A stretch of DNA of 63,026 nucleotides, filler included, from Octopus bimaculoides (Eukaryota): NCBI RefSeq assembly GCF_001194135.2. It is 5 parts of 5 records of this genome, joined end to end, with 100 filler letters (N's around TTAATTAATTAA, not from the genome) between each part and the next. Parts side by side here need not be neighbours in the genome. Positions count along the whole stretch, not along the records: positions 59,778 to 63,026 come from NC_068982.1; 4 more parts are not named here. One strand, written 5' to 3'. Below are positions 62,720 to 63,026 of the stretch, one piece after another. A program made the translations under genes and the position numbers. Each line of letters opens with the position of its first letter. The stretch's first letter is position 1. A model generated the notes under the pieces. That model searched no databases. It saw only the letters and a program-made list of their open reading frames with translations, and was not told the origin of the DNA.

Positions 62720-63026
62720 TTTATATATTTATATTTATATATTTGATCCTTTATATTGAACACTCAATATTTCATCTACATTCAATACTTTATTTCATGG
62801 TGCCATCCCTTTTTATTTTATTTTATTTTATTTTATATTATATATTGTATATTATATATTGTATATTCCATATTCTATACCCCACATTGGTTCTGCAGGA
62901 ATATAAATAAAACATAAAAAACAGACAGTGTTGGAACTCTTTTAAACAAAATAATATATTCCTCTATACACAATCATACAAAAAAAACACCTTTTTTGTA
63001 TTTATTTTTACTCGCATATATATATA

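Overview
Eukaryotic, AT-rich draft-assembly window dominated by repeats. By hand estimate about 8 kb (~13%) is N gaps, most of them next to microsatellites. The SINE, MITE, RTE and mariner families match my recollection of octopus genomic repeats, so the source is probably Octopus (inference, no database search run). I could not identify any intact host protein-coding gene. All recognisable coding sequence is decayed transposon: three RTE-clade LINE fragments, a Chapaev3-type DNA transposon, an internally deleted Mag-like Gypsy element, several Penelope-like element (PLE) fragments, a Dong/R4-type 3' end and mariner/Tc1 relics. There is also a solo LTR, many tRNA-derived SINEs, and MITEs. Most notable observations: (1) a set of minimal hammerhead-ribozyme motifs at PLE ends, one with a fully canonical core and one divergent pair showing apparent C3-G8 versus U3-A8 covariation; (2) an ~8 kb CpG-depleted block (~34.3-42.6 kb) that looks like a germline methylation footprint; (3) a nested RTE locus with a twin-priming-type 5' inversion and a near-identical inverted duplication whose junction carries templated filler; (4) weak candidate micro-exons of an unknown gene. 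All alignments and counts were done by eye.
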